The notes below the pieces were generated by a model. That model did not search any database, was not told where the DNA came from, and was given only the letters and a program-made list of their open reading frames with translations. This document shows, piece by piece, positions 10,545 through 20,952 of a stretch of 64,000 bases of DNA (position 1 is its first letter; each line of letters starts with the position of its first letter). A program made the translations under genes and the position numbers. The DNA is from Halarcobacter sp. (GTDB lineage Bacteria; Campylobacterota; Campylobacteria; Campylobacterales; Arcobacteraceae): the NCBI GenBank assembly GCA_963676565.1, contig OY781089.1:32001-96000 (forward strand), read 5' to 3'.

Positions 10545-10559
10545 TTATATCCTTTAAAA

Positions 10560-11393
10560 TTAAATTACATAATCAATATTAAGTGGTAATTCTATAAAAA
10601 ACTTAGCTCCATGCTCAGTATTTTTAACAAAAAGTTCTCCACCTAATTTATTAACTACAATATCATAGCTAGAATATAATCCTATCCCCGTACTATGTTC
10701 ATAAGCTTTTGTTGTAAAATACGAATCAAAGATTTTATCCATGATTTTTTCTTCTATTCCGCCAGCATTATCTTCTATTGTAATTTGAAGAGAATACTCT
10801 TTTTTTATTAACTCATACTTAATCCACTTATCTTTAATTTGATTTTCCAATAAGGCATCTTTTGCATTAGTTAAAATTGAGATAAGAACTTGTAGTAATT
10901 CCCCTAAAATCAATTTAAAAGGGATTTTTTCTTTCTCAATAAAGCCTTCAATTATTTTAATATTGTGTAAAGAAAAAGATGATTCAATTAAACTAATTGC
11001 CATCTTTAGTCTATCTTGAATAATAATCTCTTTTTTCTTATTTGTAAATTCTATATAATCTCTAAATTCATCTATTGTTTTAGAAAGATAAACTGAACTT
11101 TCAAGGATTGAATCTGAATAATTTAAAAAATCTTTATCATCTAAAACACCCATCTCTTTTTTCAGTTTCATTCCACTTGCAGCTGTAGAAATCACACATA
11201 AAGGTTTTCTCCATTGGTGGGCAATATTACCAATTAGTTCTCCCATTTGAGACATCTTGATTTGTTCAAATATTTTTTTTTCTTTTTGTGAATTTTGTTG
11301 TTTTATTAGATTGATTTCTTCTTTTAGCTCTTTTACTATTAGCTCTAATTTCTTATTTTTTGTTTCTAATTCATATAATTTATCGTCTAAGAT
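10560..11393 (-). CDS. Cytoplasmic histidine kinase (coiled coil + HisKA + HATPase); start probably at ATC 11393
   Basis: H-box IAHQWRKPL, N-box TNAKDA, DNAGGI, TGIGLY. The frame stays open 46 codons upstream of the tracked ATG (11255), up to an ATC with SD GGGAG 6 nt before it. Confidence 0.8.
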   Translation of the reverse strand: MLDDKLYELETKNKKLELIVKELKEEINLIKQQNSQKEKKIFEQIKMSQMGELIGNIAHQWRKPLCVISTAASGMKLKKEMGVLDDKDFLNYSDSILESSVYLSKTIDEFRDYIEFTNKKKEIIIQDRLKMAISLIESSFSLHNIKIIEGFIEKEKIPFKLILGELLQVLISILTNAKDALLENQIKDKWIKYELIKKEYSLQITIEDNAGGIEEKIMDKIFDSYFTTKAYEHSTGIGLYSSYDIVVNKLGGELFVKNTEHGAKFFIELPLNIDYVI

Positions 11394-11501
11394 ATTAAAC
11401 TCCCGGCTTTATATTCGCGATAGAATATTATTAAATATATTAAACTTTAAGTTGTTAGAAAAATTAATTTTTTCATTAAAGGTAATTATTACTTTTTATT
11501 A

Positions 11502-12257
11502 TTATAAATATAACTCAATGTTCTTTTTAAAGTTTTTTAAGAACTCTGGTTCATTGAGAGTTAAGCCCTTTTTACTGATTGCAACTCTTACAATATTTCT
11601 TGAAAACTCAGGCATTGAGTCATCGTTTAAGTACTTGTTTACATCAATCCATTTTGCTTCTTCAATCTCATGTGTATCTTGAATATTAATATCAAGACTT
11701 AATGGTTTTGCTAAACAAGCTATATATAAATTTGATTTGTGGAATTGATGGGGGTATAAATGACTTATCGAAAGTACAGATTTAAACTCAATATTTACAC
11801 CAGTTTCCTCAAAGACTTCTCTAATACAAGCATGAGAAATCATCTCTTTATTGTCTATATGACCACCTGGAAGTTTAAATACCTTAGAATAGATTTTTTC
11901 TTTAATTACTAAAAGTTCATTTTTTTCATTTATAACAACTGCTCCAACACCCAAGGTATGATTTGCAGCTGTTGGAATAATAGCATTTTCTTTTAATCTT
12001 TTTACAACTAATATGTAGTTTTCATCACAAGAGTGAAAGAAAAAACCATTTTTAGTTGCAATTGGTATAAAATCTGATTTTGAAATATCAATATAAATCC
12101 AAATCAAATTTCTTTTTTCTTTTACTTTTTTTATTAATAAAGCTAAATTTTCTTCAAATACTACATTTGAATTTGGTAATGATTCTATCTCAATTGTTAT
12201 TCCATTATATGGGTCTAAAATAGTTTTAAAACATCCTATAATTTCAACTGATTCCAA
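11502..12257 (-). CDS. Nudix hydrolase (NUDT6-like, with N-terminal domain)
   Basis: Nudix box GGHIDNKEMISHACIREVFEETGV. Confidence 0.88.
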   Translation of the reverse strand: MESVEIIGCFKTILDPYNGITIEIESLPNSNVVFEENLALLIKKVKEKRNLIWIYIDISKSDFIPIATKNGFFFHSCDENYILVVKRLKENAIIPTAANHTLGVGAVVINEKNELLVIKEKIYSKVFKLPGGHIDNKEMISHACIREVFEETGVNIEFKSVLSISHLYPHQFHKSNLYIACLAKPLSLDINIQDTHEIEEAKWIDVNKYLNDDSMPEFSRNIVRVAISKKGLTLNEPEFLKNFKKNIELYL

Positions 12258-12267
12258 AACATTGGCC

Positions 12268-12885
12268 TTATTTAATTAAATCAACTAAAGAATAAGCTAT
12301 AAAAAGCATAAATATTCCTATTGTCATATCAAGAATTTTCCATGTTATAGGTTTTTTAAATAAAGGTATTAAAACCCTTGCCCCAAAACCTAAAGTTGAA
12401 AACCAAATTGCTGAAGCACTAACAGCACCTAAAAGAAAATATAACTTCATACTCGATTCAATATTAGCACCAATTCCACCAATTAAAAGAACTGTATCAA
12501 GATATGTGTGTGGGTTTAAATAGGTAAACACAAAAAGCATTGTAAGTACTTCTTTAATAGGATTAGTTTTAACATTATCATCTATTTGCAATGACTCGTT
12601 TTTAAAAGCACTTTTAAAAGATTTTAAAGCATAGAAGCATAAAAAAACAATCCCAAAAATCGCAATACTGTTTATAAAAATTTGTTTCCCTTGAATGAAA
12701 AATCCAAGGCCTAATACACCTGCACTTACAAGTAAAAAATCTGAAAAGGTACAAAATAAAACTGCTTTTAAAACATGCTGTCTTAAAAGTCCTAGTTTTA
12801 GGACATAAGCATTTTGAGCTCCAATTGCAACTATTAAAGAAAATGTTACAATAAAACCTTTTATTAAAATATCTATTTCACTCAT
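12268..12885 (-). CDS. LysE/ArgO family amino-acid exporter
   Basis: SLIVAIGAQNAYVL, TYLNPHTYLDTV. Confidence 0.9.
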   Translation of the reverse strand: MSEIDILIKGFIVTFSLIVAIGAQNAYVLKLGLLRQHVLKAVLFCTFSDFLLVSAGVLGLGFFIQGKQIFINSIAIFGIVFLCFYALKSFKSAFKNESLQIDDNVKTNPIKEVLTMLFVFTYLNPHTYLDTVLLIGGIGANIESSMKLYFLLGAVSASAIWFSTLGFGARVLIPLFKKPITWKILDMTIGIFMLFIAYSLVDLIK

Positions 12886-13502
12886 AGATAACTTTTTCCT
12901 AAATGAACAACCCCTGAGATTATAAATTGCACAGCAATAGCTCCAACAATAAGTCCCATAAGTTTTGTAATAATATTTTGCCCTGTTAATCCTAAATATT
13001 TTTTAATATAAATTGAGTTTTTCAAAATTAGATAAAACAATAAAGCATTAACACAAAAAGCAAGAACGATTGATAAAACATCTAAAAAAGTTTGAGCTTG
13101 GTGTTTAAAGATGATAATTGTGGTAAAAAGTCCCGTACCAAAAGCAATTGGAATACCTATTGGAATTACTGCTAACTCCTCATCATTTTTACCCTCTTCC
13201 TCTTTCTTTGCTTCACTAGTTCCACCAACCATAGATATAGCCATTAAAAGTAAAATTATTCCACCCATCACTTTTAATGAGTCTTCACCTATACCAAATA
13301 GTTTTAAGATAAAATCCCCTGAAATTAAAACAACAATAAAAGCAATTAAAATAGTAAATGTAGATTTTTTTGCAATTGTAGAGATTTGACTTTTTGTAAT
13401 ATTTGTAGATAACAGAGATAGTGCAATAGCACTAACTCCTATTGGGTCCATAATAGCAAAAAAAGTAATAGTTTGTTGAAGAAAATCTTGAATAAGTTCC
13501 AA
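12882..13502 (-). CDS. MarC family membrane protein
   Basis: FFAIMDPIG, LAVIPIGIP, TKLMGLIVGAIAVQFI. Confidence 0.88.
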   Translation of the reverse strand: MELIQDFLQQTITFFAIMDPIGVSAIALSLLSTNITKSQISTIAKKSTFTILIAFIVVLISGDFILKLFGIGEDSLKVMGGIILLLMAISMVGGTSEAKKEEEGKNDEELAVIPIGIPIAFGTGLFTTIIIFKHQAQTFLDVLSIVLAFCVNALLFYLILKNSIYIKKYLGLTGQNIITKLMGLIVGAIAVQFIISGVVHLGKSYL

Positions 13503-14474
13503 TTAACTCATTCCACCTTTTGCTGCCATTCTTTTTTCTAATCTGTGTCCTATGAAACTCATTGTTGAAGTTATTATTAAATAAACTAAAGCAATAACAA
13601 TCCAAGTTTCAAATGGAGAAAAGGTATTTGCAACAATCTCTTTACCTACTTTTGTTAAATCAGTAATTGATATAACAGATACTAAAGATGAATCTTTCAC
13701 AAGGGCTATCATCTCACCCACAAGTGTAGGTAATGCTCTTTTAAAAGCTTGTGGTAAAATAATATATCTCATTGCTTGAAATTTTGATATTCCAAGTGAA
13801 TTTGCAGCTTCAAGTTGTCCTTTATCAATAGATTGAATTGCACCTCTTAAAATCTCTGCCATATAAGCACCAAAGAAAATTCCAAGAGCTAAAACCCCTG
13901 CTACGAATCTTTCTAACTCAAAGATATTAGCAACAATAAAATAGAATAAAAAGATTTGTACAAGTAAGGGAGTTCCCCTAATTATAGTTATATATACAGT
14001 AGCAATATCTTTTAAAAACTGATAAGAAGATAACTTCATAAGTGCAACAATAATACCAATAAAAAAAGTTAAAATTGCAGCAAAAAACGATATTTTAAGA
14101 GTAACCCAAAGACCATTTAAAACAGGACCTGCTTTATTTTTTGAACTAACGGCTAAATAATCGCCTTCATAAACATTTTCCCCAACAGTATAATCAAACT
14201 TTGCTTCACTGTTAAGTCCTTCTATTTTTACTTTCTCATCAGCTTTTACAACATAATAAACACCATTTTCTTCGATAAACTTTCCATCTACTGGTGCTTC
14301 ATAAGTTTTTGTTTCTGTATATACAAAGTACTCAGGAATAGAATTCCATTTCCAAACATAATTCATATTAGCCGCAGCTATATATAATGAATATCCTACT
14401 ATTATATAAAAAGCTAGAGCAATTAAATGCCCTAGATTTTTATTTTGTGCTAAACTTTGATGTTTTTTACTCAT
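13503..14474 (-). CDS. Polar amino-acid ABC transporter permease
   Basis: RGTPLLVQ, EAA loop GQLEAANSLG, VKDSSLVSVI. Confidence 0.93.
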   Translation of the reverse strand: MSKKHQSLAQNKNLGHLIALAFYIIVGYSLYIAAANMNYVWKWNSIPEYFVYTETKTYEAPVDGKFIEENGVYYVVKADEKVKIEGLNSEAKFDYTVGENVYEGDYLAVSSKNKAGPVLNGLWVTLKISFFAAILTFFIGIIVALMKLSSYQFLKDIATVYITIIRGTPLLVQIFLFYFIVANIFELERFVAGVLALGIFFGAYMAEILRGAIQSIDKGQLEAANSLGISKFQAMRYIILPQAFKRALPTLVGEMIALVKDSSLVSVISITDLTKVGKEIVANTFSPFETWIVIALVYLIITSTMSFIGHRLEKRMAAKGGMS

Positions 14475-14477
14475 AAA

Positions 14478-15293
14478 CTATTGAACTCTTTTTAACCAGT
14501 CAGTATCAACTAACCATTTTTTATATAATTCATCTGTAAATCCAAGAACTTTGTCTTCTTGCACTTGTCTTAAAAAGTTATTTAACCAATTTAAGAAATC
14601 AGGATCACCTTTTCTTATTGCCCATGCAAGAGGTTCATAAGTTAAAGGTTTATCTAAATGAACTAATTTACCTTTACCTTTATCAGACATAAATAAAACA
14701 TTATATGGTTGATCATAAATAAAAGCATCAGCTTTACCATTTAATACTTCAGCAGCAGCATCAGCTTCAGTTTCAAAAGTTACAAGTTTCGCATTAACAA
14801 AGAATTTTTTAGCAGCAACTTCAGCAGAAGTTCCTAACTTTGTAGTAATAGTATACTCTTTTGTATCTAATTGTTTTGCATCAGTAATTTTACCCTCTAA
14901 AGCTTTATTCATAAGCATAGTTTGACCAACAACAACATATGGCTCAGCAAAATTAACTTTTAAGTTTCTTTGTTGAGTAACTGTCATACCTGACATAATA
15001 ATATCGCATTTTCCAGTAACTAAAGCAGCAATAATTCCATCCCAAGCTGTTGGAAGTAATTTTAATTTAACTCCCATTTCTTTAGCCATTTTTTTAGCAA
15101 AGTCAACATCGTAACCAATAATTCTACCTTTTTTATCTTTCATCTCAAAAGGCATATATCCTGGTTCTAAACAAACTTGAAGTTCACCCCTTTGCAGAAC
15201 CTGATTTAGTGTAGACTTTTTCCATAAGTTTATATCATCACCAAATAAGTTTGTTGTTACAAACACCATAAGCGCCAAAATTAAATTTTTCAT
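14478..15293 (-). CDS. Polar amino-acid ABC substrate-binding protein (paralogue 2)
   Basis: Signal peptide; GYMPFE, GYDVD, SGMTVTQQR. Confidence 0.92.
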   Translation of the reverse strand: MKNLILALMVFVTTNLFGDDINLWKKSTLNQVLQRGELQVCLEPGYMPFEMKDKKGRIIGYDVDFAKKMAKEMGVKLKLLPTAWDGIIAALVTGKCDIIMSGMTVTQQRNLKVNFAEPYVVVGQTMLMNKALEGKITDAKQLDTKEYTITTKLGTSAEVAAKKFFVNAKLVTFETEADAAAEVLNGKADAFIYDQPYNVLFMSDKGKGKLVHLDKPLTYEPLAWAIRKGDPDFLNWLNNFLRQVQEDKVLGFTDELYKKWLVDTDWLKRVQ

Positions 15294-15320
15294 GTATACT
15301 CCTTTAATATTAAGATTGGT

Positions 15321-16142
15321 TTACTGAATATTCTTTAACCATCTAGTATCAACAAACCATTTTTCATATAATCTTCCATGTAAATCAAGAACCTTATCTT
15401 CTTTAATTTGTCTAAGAAAATTATTTAACCAGTTTAAAAAATCAGGATCACCTTTTCTAATACCAAAAGCTAATGGCTCATAAGTTAAAGGAGTGTCTAA
15501 ATGAATAAGTTTCCCTTTCCCTTTGCTATCCATAAACATAGAATTATATGGTTGATCATTTATAAAAGCGGCTGCTCTACCATTTAAAACTTCCGCAACA
15601 GCCTCTGCTTCTGTTTCAAATGTTATAACTTTTGCTTTTTTAAAAAACTTTCTTGCAACAATTTCACCTGTTTGACCAAGTTTTGCAGTAATAGTATATC
15701 TACTATTATCCAATTCTTTTGCATTTTTAACTTCATTCATTAAAGAATTATTTAATAATACTGTTTGCCCTACAACAATATAAGGATCAGAAAAATTAAT
15801 CTTTAAATTTCTTTGCTGAGTTACTGTCATTCCTGAAATGATAATATCAAACTTACTTGTAATTAAACCTGCAATAATTCCATCAAAAGCTGTTGGAACT
15901 ATTTCAAGTTCTACTCCCATAGCTTTTGCCATTGCCTTTGCAATATCAACATCATAACCTATAAGTCTACCTTTTTTATCTTTCATCTCAAAAGGCATAT
16001 AACCAGGTTCTAAACCAACTTTTAAAACTTTCTTTTCTAAAATACTATTTAGAGTAGATTTTCTCCATAAATTGATATCATCAGCAAATAAACTATTTAC
16101 TGATACCATTAATACTAAAGTTAACAAAAACTTTTTAAACAT
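15321..16142 (-). CDS. Polar amino-acid ABC substrate-binding protein (paralogue 1)
   Basis: Signal peptide; same family 3 binding-protein motifs as its neighbour. Confidence 0.92.
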   Translation of the reverse strand: MFKKFLLTLVLMVSVNSLFADDINLWRKSTLNSILEKKVLKVGLEPGYMPFEMKDKKGRLIGYDVDIAKAMAKAMGVELEIVPTAFDGIIAGLITSKFDIIISGMTVTQQRNLKINFSDPYIVVGQTVLLNNSLMNEVKNAKELDNSRYTITAKLGQTGEIVARKFFKKAKVITFETEAEAVAEVLNGRAAAFINDQPYNSMFMDSKGKGKLIHLDTPLTYEPLAFGIRKGDPDFLNWLNNFLRQIKEDKVLDLHGRLYEKWFVDTRWLKNIQ

Positions 16143-16166
16143 TCTTCTTCCTTCTTTTGTTTTTTG

Positions 16167-16907
16167 TTAATGAGTTAATATTTCATTCAAAAAGTTTTTA
16201 GCTCTGTCAGATTTTGGATTTTCAAAAAACTCTTTTGGGGTATTTTCCTCAACAATTACACCATGATCCATAAATACAATTCTGTCCCCTACTTCTTTTG
16301 CAAATCCCATTTCATGGGTTACACAAACAATAGTGAAATTTTCTTTTGCTAAGTCTTTCATTACAGAAAGTACATCTCCGATTGTTTCTGGATCAAGAGC
16401 AGATGTTGGTTCATCAAAAAGGATAATTTTAGGTTTCATAGCAAGACTTCTTGCAATAGCTACTCTTTGTTTTTGTCCCCCTGATAAATCAGCGGGATAT
16501 GAATTTGCTTTATCTTCAAGCTTTACTTTTTTAAGTAGTTCCATTGCTATTTTTTTAACATCATCACTTTTAGAGTTTTTTACAAGTGTTGGAGCTAATG
16601 TAATATTTTCTAATATTGTTAAGTGAGGAAATAGATTAAAATGTTGGAAAACCATTCCAACTTCACCTCTTATTTCTTGAAGATTTTTTTTACTTGCATG
16701 AATATCTATATTGTCAACTATAATTTGACCATTATCAATATCTTCAAGTCCATTAATACATCTAATCAGTGTTGATTTACCAGAACCTGAAGGCCCACAA
16801 ACCACAACAATCTCACCTTTTTTTACATAAAAATTTACATTTTTAAGAACATGGAAGTCATCAAAATACTTATTGATGGTATCCATTGAAATAATATTAT
16901 TACTCAT
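16167..16907 (-). CDS. Polar amino-acid ABC transporter ATPase (GlnQ-like)
   Basis: Walker [35 protein letters not shown]. Confidence 0.95.
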   Translation of the reverse strand: MSNNIISMDTINKYFDDFHVLKNVNFYVKKGEIVVVCGPSGSGKSTLIRCINGLEDIDNGQIIVDNIDIHASKKNLQEIRGEVGMVFQHFNLFPHLTILENITLAPTLVKNSKSDDVKKIAMELLKKVKLEDKANSYPADLSGGQKQRVAIARSLAMKPKIILFDEPTSALDPETIGDVLSVMKDLAKENFTIVCVTHEMGFAKEVGDRIVFMDHGVIVEENTPKEFFENPKSDRAKNFLNEILTH

Positions 16908-17051
16908 TTACATCTCTTTTTTTAGTCTAAAGCTATTATAGTATAATAAAATGATTTAAAGTTATATATAATGTGTGATAAATATACAATTTATATGCAA
17001 CTTATAGTTTATTAGTGTATAATCCCTTTTTTTATTTTAGGGAGAATAATT

Positions 17052-17930
17052 TTGATGAAAAAAAAATTATTAGAATTTCGTGCAGATTTTCTTTTATTAA
17101 CTGTTGCTATTGCTTGGGGTGTAACTTTTTTAATGGTACAAGATGCTATTAAAACTGTTCCTGTTTATGCTTTTTTATTTTACAGATTTTCACTTGCTAC
17201 AATTTTAATGGGAATAATTGCCTTTAAATTTTTTAAATCAATAAATAAAGAAACAGTTCTTTTTGGGATTATTTTAGGATTTTTTTTATTTGGAGGTTTT
17301 GCTACTCAAACCTTTGGTTTAGCCTACACAAAAAGTTCCATTGTTGCTTTTTTAACTGGACTTAATGTAATTATTGTTCCTTTTATTGCCTATGTTATAT
17401 TTAAACAACATGTAAGACCTATGGTTTTCCTAGGTTCTTTATTAGCAGTTGGCGGATTATACTTATTAACTATGAGTGGTGAATTAAGCCTTGGTTTTGG
17501 TGAAGCTTTAAGTTTAATATGTGCTGCATTTTTTGCCTTACAAATTGCCTATACTGATATTTTTTCAAAAAAAGTAAATGTCTTTTTATTAGTTTTCTTC
17601 CAGTTTTTAACTGTGTCAATTCTTTCTTTACTTTTTTCACTGTTTGTTGATGATGTTACTTTTAATGTTGGATTAGATTATACGTTTTTAAAAGCATTAA
17701 TAATCACTGCAATATTTGCAACTGTTTATGCTTTTTTAGTTCAAACATATATGCAACAATTTACTACACCAACTAAAACTGCAATTATTTTCACCATGGA
17801 ACCTGTAAGTGCAGGATTTTTTGGATATTTCATTGGTAATGAATTATTAACAATAACACAAATTTTTGGTGCGACACTAATCATCTTTGCTGTTTTATTA
17901 GCAGAAATAAAATTTTCAAGAAGTAAATAA
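17052..17930 (+). CDS. EamA/DMT family transporter
   Basis: Two EamA repeats; AWGVTF, AIIFTMEPV. Confidence 0.88.
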   Translation: MMKKKLLEFRADFLLLTVAIAWGVTFLMVQDAIKTVPVYAFLFYRFSLATILMGIIAFKFFKSINKETVLFGIILGFFLFGGFATQTFGLAYTKSSIVAFLTGLNVIIVPFIAYVIFKQHVRPMVFLGSLLAVGGLYLLTMSGELSLGFGEALSLICAAFFALQIAYTDIFSKKVNVFLLVFFQFLTVSILSLLFSLFVDDVTFNVGLDYTFLKALIITAIFATVYAFLVQTYMQQFTTPTKTAIIFTMEPVSAGFFGYFIGNELLTITQIFGATLIIFAVLLAEIKFSRSK

Positions 17931-17959
17931 ACTAAAATAGATCTCTCTATTTTAGTTTA
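17928..17959. terminator. Bidirectional terminator
   Basis: TAAACTAAAATAGA-TCTC-TCTATTTTAGTTTA. Confidence 0.7.
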
Positions 17960-17963
17960 AACT

Positions 17964-19130
17964 TTAAAAATTAACCTCTTTTTTGTAATATGTACATATG
18001 AAAAGTTTTTTCATATTTTCATCATCAATTTCTCTAGGATTTGCTCCTGTACAAGCATCTAAAACAGCGTTATGAGCTATAAACTCTAGATGTTCATTAA
18101 ATTCACTTTCTTCTATTCCATACTCTTGCATAGAATGGGGAATATCTAATTTGTTATTTAGATTGTCAATTAAAGCAATAAATGAATCAACTAATTCTTC
18201 ATTAGTCTTTCCATCTAACTCTAAATATCTTGCAATATCTACATATCTATCTTCACATGCTTTTCTATTATATGAAATAACATAAGGTAAAAATATAGCA
18301 TTAGCACATCCATGTGGAATCCCAAATACTGCTCCAACTTTGTGAGCCATTGAGTGAGTTATTCCAAGTAAGGCATTAGAAAAAGCCATTCCTGCAAGAC
18401 ATTGGGCTTCATGCATAAGCTCCTTTGCTTCTTCATTATCATTATAAGAATCAACTAAACTTTTCTTTATCATAGCCAAAGCTTTTAAAGCTAATGGATC
18501 TGAAAAATTACTATGTAATGCTGCAACATATGCTTCTGTTGCATGGGTTAAAGCATCCATTCCTGTGTGTGCTATAAGTTTTTTTGGCATTGTTTTAGCA
18601 ATATTAGGATCAATTATTGCAATATCAGGAGTGATATTAAAATCTGCCAATGGATATTTTATTTTCTCTTCATAATCTGTTATTACTGAAAACGCAGTGA
18701 CTTCTGTTGCTGTACCACTAGTTGAAGGGATAGCTACAAAAATTGCTTTTTGTCTTAATGTTGGCAAGTTAAAAGGTATAACAGCTTCTTTAAAAGTAAA
18801 GTCGGGATATTCATAAAATATCCACATCGCTTTTGCTGCATCAATAGCTGATCCTCCTCCAATTGATACAATAATATCAGGTTCAAATTCAAGCATTTTT
18901 TTTGCTCCATTCATAACTGTATCAACTCCTGGGTCAGGTTCAACTCCTTCTATTGTTTCAACTTCTAAACCTGCTTGTTTTAAATAATCTATAGTTTTAT
19001 CAAGAAAACCAAATTTCTTCATAGAACTTCCACCTGTTACTACTATTGCTTTTTGACCTTTTAAGTTTTTTAATTCTTCTAAAGAGCCTGTACCATGGTA
19101 TATATCTCGGGGTAAAGTAAACCGTGCCAT
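17964..19130 (-). CDS. Iron-containing alcohol dehydrogenase (NADPH-dependent butanol dehydrogenase-like)
   Basis: GGGSAIDAAK, PSTSGTATEVT; metal ligands in DALTH, HSMAH, PHG. Confidence 0.92.
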   Translation of the reverse strand: MARFTLPRDIYHGTGSLEELKNLKGQKAIVVTGGSSMKKFGFLDKTIDYLKQAGLEVETIEGVEPDPGVDTVMNGAKKMLEFEPDIIVSIGGGSAIDAAKAMWIFYEYPDFTFKEAVIPFNLPTLRQKAIFVAIPSTSGTATEVTAFSVITDYEEKIKYPLADFNITPDIAIIDPNIAKTMPKKLIAHTGMDALTHATEAYVAALHSNFSDPLALKALAMIKKSLVDSYNDNEEAKELMHEAQCLAGMAFSNALLGITHSMAHKVGAVFGIPHGCANAIFLPYVISYNRKACEDRYVDIARYLELDGKTNEELVDSFIALIDNLNNKLDIPHSMQEYGIEESEFNEHLEFIAHNAVLDACTGANPREIDDENMKKLFICTYYKKEVNF

Positions 19131-19280
19131 TTGATTGTCTCCTTCATAGTTAATATATGATAATTATATCTTAATTATAATTTAATTTAAATACTTAATA
19201 ACATTATTTTATAAATAATAATGCTTTTTTATTGCGACTATTTGGTACTATAATTTCTAAAATACTTTTAGGAGTTATGC

Positions 19281-20393
19281 ATGGAAAAAATTTTATACAT
19301 TACAGACCAAGATGAATATACAGATCACAGTTTTATAGGTCCACTTTTTGAAAAATATTTAAAAGAGTTTTATGAAGTTGATATTGTATATTTTAGTGAA
19401 TTTAAAGCAGAGTTTGAAAAAAAAGATGACCATAGATTTATTTTACCAATTGCAAGAAAAGAGAAATCTATCCAAGAATTAAATAATAGAGGTGTTGATA
19501 TATCCTCTTATTCATATGTATTTGTTAGAAACTCAGCACAAATACTTAAAAATGTACTTTCTTTAAGTGGTCAATATAATTACAAAGTTGGTTATAGACT
19601 ATCTTTTCCTAAAAGAATTGCAAAGATACAAGTTGATGAAGCAAACAATAAATCTAGCTTTTTAGGATATTTAAATAATAAACTTTCAACTTTTTCTGAA
19701 ACAAGAATGATAAACCAATGTGATATTTTCTTGCCCACTTCAAAAGAGATGCAAGAGGAGTATTTTAGTGGTGTAAATATTAAAACCTTTATCTGTCCAC
19801 CTGCAATTGATCCAGAAGTTTTACACGAAAACCTTCAACATGAAAAAGAAGAAAAAAGATTTTTTTATGCTGGAACATTAGACAAATTAAGAGAGTTTGA
19901 AACAGTATTAGAGGCTTTTAATGAATTAGAATCAACAAATTGGAAATTAACAATCTCAACAAAAGACCCAGAATATGCAGTTGATGTTGTTCATAATTAT
20001 TCAAATATTGCAGCAAATGTAGAGATTAATAATGCAAAAACAAAAAAAGAATTATTAGAGTTTATTGCTAAGGCAGATATTGGAATATCAGTATTACCAG
20101 AAATTGCTCTATTTAATACCTCAACACCAGTAAAAATTATGGATTACTATTCATCGGCTGTTCCTTGCATTATGACAAATAATGCCAACAATAATACAAT
20201 TTTTACAGATAACCACGATGCTTGGTTTTGTAAATTCAACAAAGATTCTATTAAAAATAAACTTGAGTATATTATAGGACTTTCAAAAGAAGATGTAGCA
20301 AAAGTTGGAGAAAGAGGTCAAGAAAGACTTCTTGATATCAGAAATTACAAAAGAATTGCAGCAGATTTAGCACACCAATTAAATGTGCTTTAG
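19281..20393 (+). CDS. GT-B (GT4-like) glycosyltransferase
   Basis: FFYAGTLDKLR, ADIGISV, TPVKIMDYYSSAVPCI (variant of P-x-K-x-x-E/D-Y). Confidence 0.75.
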   Translation: MEKILYITDQDEYTDHSFIGPLFEKYLKEFYEVDIVYFSEFKAEFEKKDDHRFILPIARKEKSIQELNNRGVDISSYSYVFVRNSAQILKNVLSLSGQYNYKVGYRLSFPKRIAKIQVDEANNKSSFLGYLNNKLSTFSETRMINQCDIFLPTSKEMQEEYFSGVNIKTFICPPAIDPEVLHENLQHEKEEKRFFYAGTLDKLREFETVLEAFNELESTNWKLTISTKDPEYAVDVVHNYSNIAANVEINNAKTKKELLEFIAKADIGISVLPEIALFNTSTPVKIMDYYSSAVPCIMTNNANNNTIFTDNHDAWFCKFNKDSIKNKLEYIIGLSKEDVAKVGERGQERLLDIRNYKRIAADLAHQLNVL

Positions 20394-20397
20394 TCTA

Positions 20398-20425
20398 TTT
20401 AAAAAGGGTTTTATCCCTTTTTAAA
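20398..20425. terminator. Bidirectional terminator
   Basis: Inverted repeat TTTAAAAAGGG / CCCTTTTTAAA. Confidence 0.65.
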
Positions 20426-20428
20426 AAA

Positions 20429-20935
20429 CTAATCTTTTTTAACCCAGACTTTAAATTTCCAAGCTGGAGTTTTAATCTTTCCATCTTCAGATAAAATAGC
20501 GTCATAATTTTTTTCTTCAGCTAAATCCCAAGCAGAAAAATCAATCTCTTTTAAATATGCATCTGCTTCACCTTCAAAGTCAACTTCAGTTAGATACATC
20601 TTATCAACATATGGAAATAATGTTTCATAAATATTAGCTCCACCTATAATAAAAAGTTCCTCTTCTGCATTAGCTCTTGCAAAATTAAAAGCTTCTTGAA
20701 CATCAGAAAATGTATGTACACCTTCATGTTTAAATTCACCCCTTGTTAAAACAAGAGAGGTTCTATTGGGAAGAGGTTTTCCTATGCTTTCAAAAGTTTT
20801 TCTTCCCATTAAGATATGATGTCCTGAAGTGATAGTTTTAAAATTTTTAAAATCTTCACTTATATGCCACAACATCTCATTATTTAGACCTATTTCCCAA
20901 TTTTTTCCATATGCAACAATCATTGAAATCTTCAT
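20429..20935 (-). CDS. folA: Dihydrofolate reductase
   Basis: MGRKTFESIGKPLPNR, IIGGANIY. Confidence 0.95.
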   Translation of the reverse strand: MKISMIVAYGKNWEIGLNNEMLWHISEDFKNFKTITSGHHILMGRKTFESIGKPLPNRTSLVLTRGEFKHEGVHTFSDVQEAFNFARANAEEELFIIGGANIYETLFPYVDKMYLTEVDFEGEADAYLKEIDFSAWDLAEEKNYDAILSEDGKIKTPAWKFKVWVKKD

Positions 20936-20952
20936 ATCTTGCTCTCTCCTAT

